Shown here piece after piece: positions 23,347-33,022 of a stretch of 42,652 bases of DNA. How positions within the stretch are numbered: the stretch's first letter is position 1; each line of letters begins with the position of its first letter. The notes under the pieces are model-generated. The model was not told the origin of the DNA. It made no database searches and saw only the letters and a list, made by a program, of their open reading frames with translations. The position numbers were made by a program, and so were the translations under genes. Source of the stretch: a virus (taxonomy: Duplodnaviria > Caudoviricetes); IMG/VR virus record IMGVR_UViG_3300042465_002503, positions 1 to 42,652 of that record; one strand, 5' to 3'.

Positions 23347-23544
23347 ATGGCTGAGCCGTATGTACCCATTGCCCGATACACCACAGCCAATGATTTATTA
23401 ACAGATTTAGAAGTTGCGACAACTGAGGCTTCAACTAATGCCACTTTATTATCAACCGCGGTTAGTAGTTCCTTAACATCTAAGCAGACAGCAGAAAATC
23501 TTGTGGCTTCAGGATTTGATTTATTCTTTTTGGCAGGTTGCTAA
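23347..23544 (+). CDS. Small putative virion protein
   Basis: 65 aa; hydrophobic C-terminal motif shared with neighbours. Confidence 0.65.
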   Translation: MAEPYVPIARYTTANDLLTDLEVATTEASTNATLLSTAVSSSLTSKQTAENLVASGFDLFFLAGC

Positions 23545-24221
23545 TGCCACTAGCCCCGTCATTAACTACAGTAACTATCACAGGTAATTATGTGAATTTT
23601 GAAGGCGCAGCCATTCAAGGGCAGATTCGTTTTACTCTTGGAGATGTTCTTCGTAATGGAACAGATGACCAAATGGTTGCCCCATCGAGCATCGTGGTTC
23701 CTTTGAGTTCAGGTGCCTTTAGCGTCACCCTGCCAGCCACAAACGACCCCGATATTATCCCTAACCCTTTTACTTACACAGTCGAGGAATCCTTCTCAGG
23801 AGGGCGTACATACACGATTTCGGTGCCTTATACGACTGCTGGCTCACTAGATTTAGCCGACCTCAGCCCATCCCCAACTCTTGACGAAAACTTCGTACAG
23901 GCTATTGATGAAACAAGTTTTGCAAGCCTTGAAACCAACATTGCGGCTTTAGATGTTTTAATCAATCAGACCACAGACAAAATTCTTGCTTCAGGAAAGT
24001 ATTGGTACATCCCAAGTACATACGCCACATATACGGCGCTAGATACTGCGTTTGCAACTTATACCGCTTTGACCGCCGCGACTTACAGCCTAGATGGAGC
24101 AGATATTTCTCCATTTGTTACTTTGGCTCAAGCCTCGGCTTCGAGTGCTTCAGCAAGTGCAACAACAGCCACAAATACCGCAACTGGTACACTCAGTCCA
24201 TTACTTCTAATCGGAGGATAA
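23544..24221 (+). CDS. Putative fibre/adaptor virion protein (paralogue of 22800)
   Basis: Same N-terminal domain as 22800; TAATG coupling (ORF track start 23538). Confidence 0.75.
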   Translation: MPLAPSLTTVTITGNYVNFEGAAIQGQIRFTLGDVLRNGTDDQMVAPSSIVVPLSSGAFSVTLPATNDPDIIPNPFTYTVEESFSGGRTYTISVPYTTAGSLDLADLSPSPTLDENFVQAIDETSFASLETNIAALDVLINQTTDKILASGKYWYIPSTYATYTALDTAFATYTALTAATYSLDGADISPFVTLAQASASSASASATTATNTATGTLSPLLLIGG

Positions 24222-24225
24222 CCGC

Positions 24226-24552
24226 ATGGCAACAACTTACAAAGTCCTAGGGCAATCAAATCCCTCGGCAACTACCGCTACTACGCTCTATACCTGTCCC
24301 GCAGCAACACAAACGGTTATCTCATCGATTACAATTTGTAACCAATCGACTTCAGGCACATATCGCATAGCAGTTCGCCCTAATGGAGCAACACTTGCTC
24401 TCGAGCATTATGTCGTATATGACGCAACAATCGCCGCTAATAGCACAGTTGCCTATACTCTAGGTATAACTATTGACGCTTCAGATATTGTGACTGTTTA
24501 CGCATCATCAGCAAGTATGTCCTTCAACGCGTTCGGAAGCGAGATAGCATAA
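24226..24552 (+). CDS. Putative virion structural protein
   Basis: YKVLGQS.PSATT.TTLYT.P...FGSEI pattern; GGAGG RBS. Confidence 0.75.
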   Translation: MATTYKVLGQSNPSATTATTLYTCPAATQTVISSITICNQSTSGTYRIAVRPNGATLALEHYVVYDATIAANSTVAYTLGITIDASDIVTVYASSASMSFNAFGSEIA

Positions 24553-24553
24553 T

Positions 24554-25501
24554 ATGGCAATTACCACTAATGGCGCGGCTGGAGCCGTACTCACAGTATC
24601 AGCAGACTTAGCAGCCACAATTTCTGATGAATCAGGAACAGGCGCAGTTGTATTTAATAACAGTCCAACCCTCATAACACCTACTCTTGGAACGGCAAAC
24701 GCCACAGCCATTGAGTTAGGTCACGCAACAGATACCACGGTGGCAAGAGTTTCTGCTGGTGTTGTGTCTATTGAAGGCGTAAATGTTGTTACCACTTCAT
24801 CAACAGATACCCTTACAAATAAGACTCTTACATCTCCTGTTATGACAACCCCAACAATAACTGGAGCAATCTTCAACGATGGCTCAGTAGTCTTTGAAGG
24901 TGCAACAGCAAACGACTTTGAAACAACTTTAGCAATTACAGACCCAACCGCAGATAGAACAATCACTTTCCCTGATTCAACAGGAACAGTCGCTCTAACT
25001 GCAGATATTACTGTTACCGCTTCATCTTCAAATACACTTACAAATAAGTCAATTAGCCTTTCTACAAATACAGTTACAGGAACTTTGGCTGAGTTTAATA
25101 CTGCTATCTCTGATGCTGATGTTGCTTCTTTGGCTGGCACAGAAACTCTTACAAATAAGACTCTGACCGATGCTAAAGTCAATCTAGCCTTTGATGCTGA
25201 AACTGCCTCTTATACGGCTGTTCTTGCAAACAATAGCCAAGTAGTCACAATGAGCAATGCTTCTGCAAATACTTTCTCCATTCCAACAAACGCTTCTGTT
25301 GCTTTTCCAGTAGGAACTCAAATAAATGTGCTGCAAATTGGCGCAGGACAAACAACTATTCAAGCCGTAACAAGCGGTACTACAACTATTCTCTCAACAG
25401 GTGCAACAGCCGCTTCCCCTAAAACTAGAACGCAATACAGCATGGCTACTTGCATCAAAGCAGCAACAGATACTTGGTATGTGGTAGGAGATATTTCCTA
25501 A
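24554..25501 (+). CDS. Fibre-like virion protein
   Basis: Thr-rich; TLTNKTLT repeats; C-terminal IP.N.SVAFP.GT.I...Q.G.GQ...W...GD domain. Confidence 0.75.
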   Translation: MAITTNGAAGAVLTVSADLAATISDESGTGAVVFNNSPTLITPTLGTANATAIELGHATDTTVARVSAGVVSIEGVNVVTTSSTDTLTNKTLTSPVMTTPTITGAIFNDGSVVFEGATANDFETTLAITDPTADRTITFPDSTGTVALTADITVTASSSNTLTNKSISLSTNTVTGTLAEFNTAISDADVASLAGTETLTNKTLTDAKVNLAFDAETASYTAVLANNSQVVTMSNASANTFSIPTNASVAFPVGTQINVLQIGAGQTTIQAVTSGTTTILSTGATAASPKTRTQYSMATCIKAATDTWYVVGDIS

Positions 25502-26073
25502 TGCCTATTCTTGGAGTTGTTGCTTCAGGTATAAGCGGTAATTTAGACCCGAGTGCTTATTTTCCTATTGCTACTACTACTTTAGCAAGCACTTCTTCAT
25601 CAATTACTTTCACTTCTATTCCTAATACATATAAACATTTACAAATTAGGTTTATATCAAGAATAAATACTGCTGCAACTGGTGCTTCCTATAATCTTTT
25701 ACAATTTAATAATGACACAACGGGTGGCAATTATTATGAACACGATATTGCAGGCACGGGAGCAATTGTAGTAGGCCAAGCATACGCAGGAATAAATGGT
25801 GAAGGTGTTTATTTTGGCGAATCAACAAGAAATAATTTAACATCTGGCATATTTTGTGCAAACATTTCAGACATATTGGATTATGCTGATACTTCTAAAT
25901 ATAAAACAGTTCGTACATTAACTGGGTGGGATGCAAATGGTAGTGGAGAAGTTTATTTCCAAAGTAATCTTTGGATGAGTACTTCTGCTGTAACATCAAT
26001 TACAATAAATCCTGTTGCTACTAAAGCATTTACTCAATACTCATCATTTACACTCTACGGAATTAAGGGGTAA
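25501..26073 (+). CDS. Fibre-associated beta-sandwich protein
   Basis: ATG overlaps the previous stop; IATTTL....SITF.SIP.TYKHLQ...W.ST.A.TSI...FTLYGI. Confidence 0.75.
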   Translation: MPILGVVASGISGNLDPSAYFPIATTTLASTSSSITFTSIPNTYKHLQIRFISRINTAATGASYNLLQFNNDTTGGNYYEHDIAGTGAIVVGQAYAGINGEGVYFGESTRNNLTSGIFCANISDILDYADTSKYKTVRTLTGWDANGSGEVYFQSNLWMSTSAVTSITINPVATKAFTQYSSFTLYGIKG

Positions 26074-26077
26074 TTAA

Positions 26078-27388
26078 ATGGCCGTATCAACATACAACGC
26101 TATTGCAAGCGTCACTCTCAGTTCTGCACAGAATCAAGTTACATTTAACAATATCCCGCAGATTTATACTGATTTAGTATTAGTAGCCAATCTTGCTAAT
26201 TCAACTGGAGCAGGCGATGTTTATTTGCGATTTAACGGTGACAGTGGCACTCACTATTCAAAAACACAGATGTATGGAACTGGTACTGTAGCAGGTTCCA
26301 ACAATCAAAGTAATTATCATAGTTTTGCTGGTTTTGCATACCTATCAACAACAATAGGAACAGCAATTGGTCACATTATGAACTATTCTAATTCAACAAC
26401 ATACAAAACAGTACTTGTAAGAAGCAATGATTCTGCTGGATTAGTTATGGCAAATGTTGGTCTATGGCGTAATACTAGTGCTATTACATCTATTACTGTT
26501 GGTCCAGCAGCAAATAATTTTATTGCTGGCTCAACTTTTACACTTTACGGTATTGGTGCTAATCAACTCAAAGCAACTGGTGGAGACATTATTGTTTCTG
26601 ATGGGTCATATTGGTATCACGCATTTAAGACATCAGGAACTTTTACACCATTATCTACACTTTCTTGCGATGTGCTAGTAGTTGGAGGCGGCGGTGGTGG
26701 TGGAAAAGATGCTGGCGGTGGCGGTGGTGCGGGTGGTGTTTTCTATGCAACTGCTCAATCAATTGCAAGTGCGCAATCAGTAGTTGTTGGTGGCGGTGGA
26801 TTAGGTTCTACAACTACTGCTTCTGCTGGTGCTAATGGTACTAATTCAACTTTTGGTTCTTTAACTGCTGGAGTCGGCGGCGGTGGTGGAGCAACTCAGG
26901 GTGGCTCTAACGGTGGTTCAGGTGGTGGTGCTGGTCGTGGTCAAGGTGCCGCTGGTACTTCAACTCAAACTGGAACTGGTGGAACTGGTTATGGTTTTGC
27001 TGGTGGTAGTTCAACTGGAACTGGCAACGCTGGTGCAGGTGGTGGTGGTGCTGGTGCAGTAGGTACTTCAATTTCATCAGGCACACAAGGCAAAGCAGGT
27101 GGAGTTGGGCTTAATACTTGGAGCCAATGGATTTCTACAATTGGATTAACTATGTATAGCCCTCATAATGGATACATCGCGGGTGGTGGTGGTGGCGGAG
27201 GAAATAGCGATACTGGCGCAAACGGTGGTTATGGTGGTGGAGGAGCGGGCGGAACTGGCTCATTAGTTTACGCTGTTCCTGGTGTTCCAAATACAGGTGG
27301 CGGTGGTGGAGGTTCATCAGGTGGTGCTGGCGGTAGAGTCGGAGCCAGCGGTGGTTCAGGTCTAGTGATAGTGAGGTACGCGGTCTAA
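26078..27388 (+). CDS. Glycine-rich fibre protein
   Basis: Same N-terminal domain as 25501, then YH.F..SGTF...VVGGGGGGG...GGSGLVIVRY Gly-rich domain. Confidence 0.8.
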   Translation: MAVSTYNAIASVTLSSAQNQVTFNNIPQIYTDLVLVANLANSTGAGDVYLRFNGDSGTHYSKTQMYGTGTVAGSNNQSNYHSFAGFAYLSTTIGTAIGHIMNYSNSTTYKTVLVRSNDSAGLVMANVGLWRNTSAITSITVGPAANNFIAGSTFTLYGIGANQLKATGGDIIVSDGSYWYHAFKTSGTFTPLSTLSCDVLVVGGGGGGGKDAGGGGGAGGVFYATAQSIASAQSVVVGGGGLGSTTTASAGANGTNSTFGSLTAGVGGGGGATQGGSNGGSGGGAGRGQGAAGTSTQTGTGGTGYGFAGGSSTGTGNAGAGGGGAGAVGTSISSGTQGKAGGVGLNTWSQWISTIGLTMYSPHNGYIAGGGGGGGNSDTGANGGYGGGGAGGTGSLVYAVPGVPNTGGGGGGSSGGAGGRVGASGGSGLVIVRYAV

Positions 27389-28728
27389 TGGCTAGTTCAA
27401 TGACAAAGATTTCATCTGTAACCGTTGGTTCAAGTGGAACTAGCAGTTTTGATTTTACTGCTATTCCACAAACTTATACTGATTTAGTTGTAAAAATAAG
27501 CACTAGAAGTACCTATACAAGTGGAACTGCAAATACAATTCAAATCTCACTTAATGGTTCTACGGCTTCTTTTACTGGAAGGTCTCTTGAAGGCGACGGA
27601 AGTGCAGTAACTAGCGGTAGTGCCGCTAGGTCTATTGGAGCAACTCCATCTGCAACTGCAACCGCATCTACATTCTCTAATGGAGAACTATATTTTCCAA
27701 ATTATACTTCAAGTAATTACAAATCTTTTTCTTATGAAGTTGTTCAGGAAGATAATGTTTCAACTGCTTACACTTCATTAGGTGCTGGATTATGGTCAAA
27801 TACTGCCGCAATTACATCTATAACTATTTCAACAAATGTTAATAATTGGGCGCAATATACAACAGCAACCCTTTATGGCGTAACTAAATACGCTGAAACT
27901 GGTACTGGCTCTAAGGCAACTGGTGGAACCGTAACTACATCAGGTGGTTATACCTATCACACATTCTTTTCATCAGGAATGTTTACGCCTACTGCAACAA
28001 TTACAGGAGCAGAAGTTCTTGTAGTTGCAGGTGGTGGTGGAACACAAGGTTCCGTAGGCGCAGGTGCAGGTGCTGGTGGTCTTGTTTATGCTTCGGGTCA
28101 ATCATTTACTTCGGGCGTAGGTTATGCAGCCATTGTTGGCGCTGGCGGTGCTGGCGCAGGAGGCTCTACCGTATCAGCGTGTAATGGTACTAATTCTGTT
28201 TTTTCAAATGGAACAGTAGCCATAGGTGGCGGTGCTGGTAATGGCCTCACAAGTCCATCAGGTTCAGGTGGCTCTGGCGGAGGTGCTGGCGCACCTGGCG
28301 CTACTGCTGGAACTGGAACTGCTGGTCAAGGTAATAATGGTGGTGCAACAGGTTCTGCTTATTCAGGTGGTGGCGGAGGTGCTGGTGCTGCTGGTGGAAC
28401 TGGCGGTGCAAATGGTCGCGGTGGAGATGGTGGTGTTGGTGTAAGCACATACTCTGCTTGGGGTGCTGCAACTGCAACTGGTGAAAACTCTGCTGGAACT
28501 TATTACTATGCAGGTGGAGGTGGCGGTTCTTCTTGGAATGGCGTATCCGCAAATAACATAGGCGGACAACCAGGTCTAGGTGGAGGTGGTCAAGGTGGTG
28601 GTGGTACACCCGTTACTAGTGGTGACTCAAATGGTAAGGCTTATACTGGCGGTGGCGGTGGTGGAGATAATGGTGGATACCAATGGAGTGGTGGTTCAGG
28701 AATTATTATTGTTAGATATACAACATAA
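27388..28728 (+). CDS. Glycine-rich fibre protein
   Basis: Paralogue of 26078 (YHTF..SG.F...GGSGIIIVRY). Confidence 0.8.
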   Translation: MASSMTKISSVTVGSSGTSSFDFTAIPQTYTDLVVKISTRSTYTSGTANTIQISLNGSTASFTGRSLEGDGSAVTSGSAARSIGATPSATATASTFSNGELYFPNYTSSNYKSFSYEVVQEDNVSTAYTSLGAGLWSNTAAITSITISTNVNNWAQYTTATLYGVTKYAETGTGSKATGGTVTTSGGYTYHTFFSSGMFTPTATITGAEVLVVAGGGGTQGSVGAGAGAGGLVYASGQSFTSGVGYAAIVGAGGAGAGGSTVSACNGTNSVFSNGTVAIGGGAGNGLTSPSGSGGSGGGAGAPGATAGTGTAGQGNNGGATGSAYSGGGGGAGAAGGTGGANGRGGDGGVGVSTYSAWGAATATGENSAGTYYYAGGGGGSSWNGVSANNIGGQPGLGGGGQGGGGTPVTSGDSNGKAYTGGGGGGDNGGYQWSGGSGIIIVRYTT

Positions 28729-28738
28729 GGAGAAATAG

Positions 28739-29083
28739 ATGGCACACTTTGCAGAACTAGATGAGAACGATGTAGTTTTACGCGTTCTTGTTGTACCCGA
28801 TAATCAAGAGCATAGAGGTCAAGAGTTTCTTTCAGGCGACCTAAATCTTGGTGGCACTTGGGTTCAAACATCATATAACGCCAAGATGCGTAAAAACTAC
28901 GCTGGCGAGGGAATGAAATTTGACCGCACCCGTGATGCTTTTATTGCGCCACAACCTTATCCATCGTGGACATTAAATGAATTAACTTGCATTTGGGAGG
29001 CACCCGTTCCTTACCCAACTGATGATGTAATGTATGAATGGGATGAAACTGTTACCGATTGGAAGGCTATCGTAAATGACTGA
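28739..29083 (+). CDS. Conserved fibre-associated protein
   Basis: MAHFAELD.N..V.RV.V...W.QTSYN...RKNYAG.G...DAFI.PQP.PSW motif; AAGGAG RBS. Confidence 0.75.
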   Translation: MAHFAELDENDVVLRVLVVPDNQEHRGQEFLSGDLNLGGTWVQTSYNAKMRKNYAGEGMKFDRTRDAFIAPQPYPSWTLNELTCIWEAPVPYPTDDVMYEWDETVTDWKAIVND

Positions 29084-29312
29084 TACACCTAAAAAACTTG
29101 TTGTTGATTTAGCAAAAGGAACTCAGGAATACATTGATTTGACACCTGCTGAGATTGCACAACGCGACCAAGATGCCGCGTCTTATGCTGAACAAGAAGC
29201 AACTCGCCAAGCAGAGGCAGAAGCAAAAGAGGCTCTCAAGGTATCTGCTAAAGCAAAATTAGTTGCTGGCGAACCTCTTACGGCAGAAGAAGCAGCAGTT
29301 CTCGTAATTTAA
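29076..29312 (+). CDS. Small helical fibre-associated protein
   Basis: LT..EIA....A.AKL..G..LT.EEA pattern. Confidence 0.7.
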   Translation: MTDTPKKLVVDLAKGTQEYIDLTPAEIAQRDQDAASYAEQEATRQAEAEAKEALKVSAKAKLVAGEPLTAEEAAVLVI

Positions 29313-29335
29313 TTATTATCCAATAGGAGTATAAA

Positions 29336-29815
29336 ATGGCAGGTACAACAACCAAGGGTTTGCGTTACCCAACTGCGGGTGATAACCCTGCCGTCCATAC
29401 TGACATCCTTAATTTAGCAACAGATGTCGATACTGAGTTAGATGACTATGTTCTAAAAGCAACTCCAGTATTTACGGGGTCAATAGAACTTGGCACTAGC
29501 GCTACTCTCATTTTTGAGGGTTCTAGCAATGACGGAAGCGAAACTACTTTAACGGTGGTAAACCCAACCGCTGATAGAACTATTACTTTACCTGATGCAA
29601 CTGGCACAGTAGTTACGACTGGTAACTTAACTGCTATCACAGCGATAACAAGCGCGACAATTACTTCAGGCACTTTAGGTAACGCTTTAGCCGCTGGAAC
29701 TTACAAAATTACAGGTCTAGGCGATGCCTCTGAATCAACAGATACCGATGCTGTCAATGTAAAAACAGCCTTAAATCTTGCTCGCACTCAGATGCTTATG
29801 CTGGGTGGAATGTAA
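29336..29815 (+). CDS. Fibre-like virion protein
   Basis: TT.GL.YP..GD; FEG...D..ETTL....PTADRTIT.PD.TGTV shared with 24554; KITGLGD.....DAVN repeat. Confidence 0.7.
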   Translation: MAGTTTKGLRYPTAGDNPAVHTDILNLATDVDTELDDYVLKATPVFTGSIELGTSATLIFEGSSNDGSETTLTVVNPTADRTITLPDATGTVVTTGNLTAITAITSATITSGTLGNALAAGTYKITGLGDASESTDTDAVNVKTALNLARTQMLMLGGM

Positions 29816-30261
29816 TGACTTTTACCTACTCGGGAGACCCAACAACAAGCCTTCGTAACAGAGTGCGCTTTCTTATCAATGACACAACATCAACTGATGT
29901 GCTGTTTTCTGATGAAGAGTTGGATTATCTGATTACTGAGTGGGGAACAAATGTTTACGAAATCTCTCGCGCAGCCTGTGAAACTTTAGTCTCACGCTTT
30001 AGCCGTTTGGCAGATAGCACTTCAAAGAGCGTCGGAGACATCTCTGTTTCTCAGTCCTTTACAGCAAAGAGCAAGCAATACCAAGACCTTGCCAACTCAT
30101 TCCTTGACCGTAAGATGCGAAAAGCGCCTCCAACCATGACGGCTAATGCCAACAGTTTGCTTTCCACAGACGATAGAAATGTTACTGATTACAATACAGA
30201 TTTCCACGCTGGTATCCACGATAACCCAAACAGCAACTACGAACAACGCGTTCCTGAGTAG
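29815..30261 (+). CDS. Head-to-tail adaptor
   Basis: TYSGDP.....VRFLI.DT......FSDEE..YL...SVGD.SVS pattern; position in the module. Confidence 0.75.
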   Translation: MTFTYSGDPTTSLRNRVRFLINDTTSTDVLFSDEELDYLITEWGTNVYEISRAACETLVSRFSRLADSTSKSVGDISVSQSFTAKSKQYQDLANSFLDRKMRKAPPTMTANANSLLSTDDRNVTDYNTDFHAGIHDNPNSNYEQRVPE

Positions 30262-30269
30262 GAGTAATC

Positions 30270-30608
30270 ATGGCTGATGCTATTTACTCTAAAGTCGCGG
30301 AGTTCATGACTGATACGGTTGTTTTTACACCCAAGGCATCAGTTGATAAATACAACAAACCAACTTTTGGCGCATCCAATACAAATGTGTCAGCAACGGG
30401 TCGTCTCATTTACGACACAACAAAGTCTAAAGATGTACAAGGTATTGAAGTTATTGACATCGGGCGATTCATTACAAAAGGACCACAAACTACAATTACT
30501 GTTGCTCATAGAATGGTTGTCGGGGCGGACACTTTTACTATAAATGCAGTCGATAACATCGCAGATGAAAACGGAGCGCATCACACCGTCATTCGATTTG
30601 GGCGGTAG
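30270..30608 (+). CDS. Head-to-tail stopper/closure protein
   Basis: 112 aa, beta-rich; D.Y.KP...DE.G.HH; synteny. Confidence 0.65.
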   Translation: MADAIYSKVAEFMTDTVVFTPKASVDKYNKPTFGASNTNVSATGRLIYDTTKSKDVQGIEVIDIGRFITKGPQTTITVAHRMVVGADTFTINAVDNIADENGAHHTVIRFGR

Positions 30609-30610
30609 TC

Positions 30611-31015
30611 ATGGCAAATGTTTATACATTCACCCTTACAGGTGATATTGAGTTGCAAGCCGTTCTTCGAGCAGCCCAGTTAGAGGCTCCAAAAGCAGTT
30701 GCCCAAGCAATTTGGGAAGAAGCAAACAACATCTTTGCTAAGTCGCAGGTTCTTGTCCCAGTTGATACGGGAGTTCTTCGCGGTTCAGGGGGAGTCAGCG
30801 CTCCTCAAGGCTCAGGTCAAGGCATTTATGTGGACATCTTCTACGGTGGTCCAGCAGCGCCTTATGCGCTCTATGTCCATGAGATTATCGGCAACTATCA
30901 TAATCCGCCTACACAGGCTAAATACCTTGAACAGCCATTCATGGAATCTCTTGCCCAAATCCAAAATAACATCTCGCGTAGAATAATGCACATTCTAAGA
31001 AGTAGGAGTAACTGA
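30611..31015 (+). CDS. Neck/tail-completion protein (HK97 gp10-like)
   Basis: VPVDTG.LR.S...YA.YVHE...AKYLE.P motif. Confidence 0.85.
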   Translation: MANVYTFTLTGDIELQAVLRAAQLEAPKAVAQAIWEEANNIFAKSQVLVPVDTGVLRGSGGVSAPQGSGQGIYVDIFYGGPAAPYALYVHEIIGNYHNPPTQAKYLEQPFMESLAQIQNNISRRIMHILRSRSN

Positions 31016-31416
31016 TGGCAACGATTCTTGAATCAATAGGCGATTATCTTGTGACCAATAGCCACGGCACTCTCGGCACATCTATTTTTCTTGGCACCTT
31101 GCCCGAGTCCCCTGACGCGTGTGTTGCCGTCTATGAGAACTCAGGCAGTTCCCCAGCCTTCACGATGGGCGCAGGTGGTATCCGTATTGATTACCCAATG
31201 ATTCAGATTATCTGCCGAGCAGGGCGCGAAGATTATCCAACGGCTAGAGACAAAGCCGACACGATTAGAATTTTGCTCGCGTCGGTAGTTGAAACTTCTA
31301 TCTCAGGGGTGCATATTATGCGTATTGAACCTATGGGTTCGGTCAATCAGTTAGGAGTAGACCCGAAGTACCGCCCACTAATCTCGGTGAATTTCCGATG
31401 CCTAGTGAGGATGTAA
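31015..31416 (+). CDS. Tail terminator protein
   Basis: IF.G.LPE.PD......E..G...P.IQI..R...LG.D...R...SVNF pattern; synteny. Confidence 0.8.
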   Translation: MATILESIGDYLVTNSHGTLGTSIFLGTLPESPDACVAVYENSGSSPAFTMGAGGIRIDYPMIQIICRAGREDYPTARDKADTIRILLASVVETSISGVHIMRIEPMGSVNQLGVDPKYRPLISVNFRCLVRM

Positions 31417-31583
31417 CCGAGGAGTCTGCTCCACTAGAGAGAGTGGTAGACCCGTATGGAAGAAACGCAACAACCGATGAGTTCCAGCGATGCTGGAAAT
31501 GCGACAGGCTCCTCTTCGAAAGCGCAACGCGCCCGTGGAGTATCCGCTGTCCCCGTTGTAAATCCAAAAATAAATCAGGATGA
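31398..31583 (+). CDS. Mu Com-like zinc-finger protein
   Basis: RCWKCDRLLF-x7-IRCPRCKSKN matches the Com-family pattern. Confidence 0.7.
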   Translation: MPSEDVTEESAPLERVVDPYGRNATTDEFQRCWKCDRLLFESATRPWSIRCPRCKSKNKSG

Positions 31584-31839
31584 GTTCGTATCAGCACTTG
31601 ATGAATTAGTTGGTGTTTGGAAAGTACAAGAGGGTTGTTCGGTAAGAAGGATTACCAATGAGTTGCCCGAACCAGCACGAACTAAGTTCAAAGAAGCATT
31701 GATGAATGAAAAGATTAACTCTGCTCGCTTAGTTGAATTGTTAGCAACTTTTGACATTGCGGTAGGCTCTGATGTTATGCGTAGACATCGTAGAAGGTTA
31801 TTCGGCAAAGACGGATGTAAGTGTCCAATTGAACCTTGA
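31456..31839 (+). CDS. Small Cys/His-containing HTH-like protein (true start probably further downstream)
   Basis: GCSV...L..F.I.VG..V.RRHRR....GCKC. Confidence 0.6.
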   Translation: MEETQQPMSSSDAGNATGSSSKAQRARGVSAVPVVNPKINQDEFVSALDELVGVWKVQEGCSVRRITNELPEPARTKFKEALMNEKINSARLVELLATFDIAVGSDVMRRHRRRLFGKDGCKCPIEP

Positions 31840-33022
31840 TGACGCTTTAGACAATCTCTTAAAGACTACAGAGGTTGCCTCAGTTCAAAAAACTGAGCCA
31901 CGACAAAGACAAGCCGAGTGGACGCCTGGAGTTACATGGATGGGCGACGAAGGCACAATAACTACACCTCCAGTTGAGGGTGAGTCTCATCCCGATTGGT
32001 CGGGAGTATTAAGAATGTGGGGCTTAGACCCTGAACATTTTGCAGTTGTAGAGCCAGTTCTTTTTAATGTGTGGGGCGATACTTTAGGAATTCTTAATCG
32101 TCAATGGAAAGGCAAAGTAGTCCGTAAGGGGCGACAAGAAACTGCCGATATTGAATCTCTTATTGCAGAGATTAAGAAACACAAACCCCGCGAAAGAAAA
32201 GAAATTGAAGGTGGGGCAAGTCTTGTTGTTTGTGCCTCTGATTGGCAAGTGGGAAAAAGAGATGGCGATGGTCTCAAAGGTTTAGTGGGCAGATGGCTTC
32301 AAGCCATTGATGATGTTGAGTTCAGATTAAAGGAATTAAAAAAGTTAGGTCGCCCGATAGATTCCATTACGGTTTTGTGCCTTGGCGATTTAGTTGAAGG
32401 ATGCGATGGTCACTACGACATTCAGACATTCACAGTTGAAGTCGATAGGCGTGACCAAGTAAAGATTGCTCGTCGCCTTTTGAGAGATGCCCTTATCCGC
32501 TGGTCAAAAGTTGTTCCTTCAATTACCGTCGCGGCGATTGGGGGAAACCATGGTGAGAATCGTAAGAATGGAAAGTCATTTACAACACTTGGCGATAATG
32601 ATGATGTTGCCTTAGTTGAGTCCGTTGCTGAAATCTTCCAAGCAAACCCTGAAGCCTACGGACACATTAAGTTTGCAATACCTACCGATGAGTTGAGTTT
32701 GACTCTTGAAGTCCACGGCAAGATTATTGGAATCACCCACGGACACCTTGCTCGCTCGGGACAGGGAGTTGAAGGTAAGTTGCGTAGGTGGATTGCTGAC
32801 CAAACACTAGGGCGTCAGAAGATTGGCGACTGTGACATCTTGGTGACTGGTCACTATCATTCATTCAAACTAGCGGATTGGGGAGGAGTCAAATGGCTAC
32901 AAGCACCAGCCCTCGACGGGGGAAGCGTGTGGTGGAGACAATCAACGGGGGAGATTGCCGATGTTGGAGTTCTGACATTCCTAGTGAGCAGTCAGGGAGT
33001 CTCGGACATTCAGTTGTTATGA
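31829..33022 (+). CDS. Calcineurin-like metallophosphoesterase (Mre11/SbcD superfamily)
   Basis: SDWQ.G, GDLVEG, GNHGE, HGH, GHYH motifs; ORF opens at 31772. Confidence 0.88.
   Translation: MNLDDALDNLLKTTEVASVQKTEPRQRQAEWTPGVTWMGDEGTITTPPVEGESHPDWSGVLRMWGLDPEHFAVVEPVLFNVWGDTLGILNRQWKGKVVRKGRQETADIESLIAEIKKHKPRERKEIEGGASLVVCASDWQVGKRDGDGLKGLVGRWLQAIDDVEFRLKELKKLGRPIDSITVLCLGDLVEGCDGHYDIQTFTVEVDRRDQVKIARRLLRDALIRWSKVVPSITVAAIGGNHGENRKNGKSFTTLGDNDDVALVESVAEIFQANPEAYGHIKFAIPTDELSLTLEVHGKIIGITHGHLARSGQGVEGKLRRWIADQTLGRQKIGDCDILVTGHYHSFKLADWGGVKWLQAPALDGGSVWWRQSTGEIADVGVLTFLVSSQGVSDIQLL

Noticed and set aside
28301-28609. His/Gln-rich minus-strand ORF
   Set aside because: Reverse complement of GGT-rich glycine repeats.
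25501-28728. Diversity-generating retroelement acting on fibre genes
   Set aside because: No reverse transcriptase and no near-identical TR/VR pair differing at adenines is visible.
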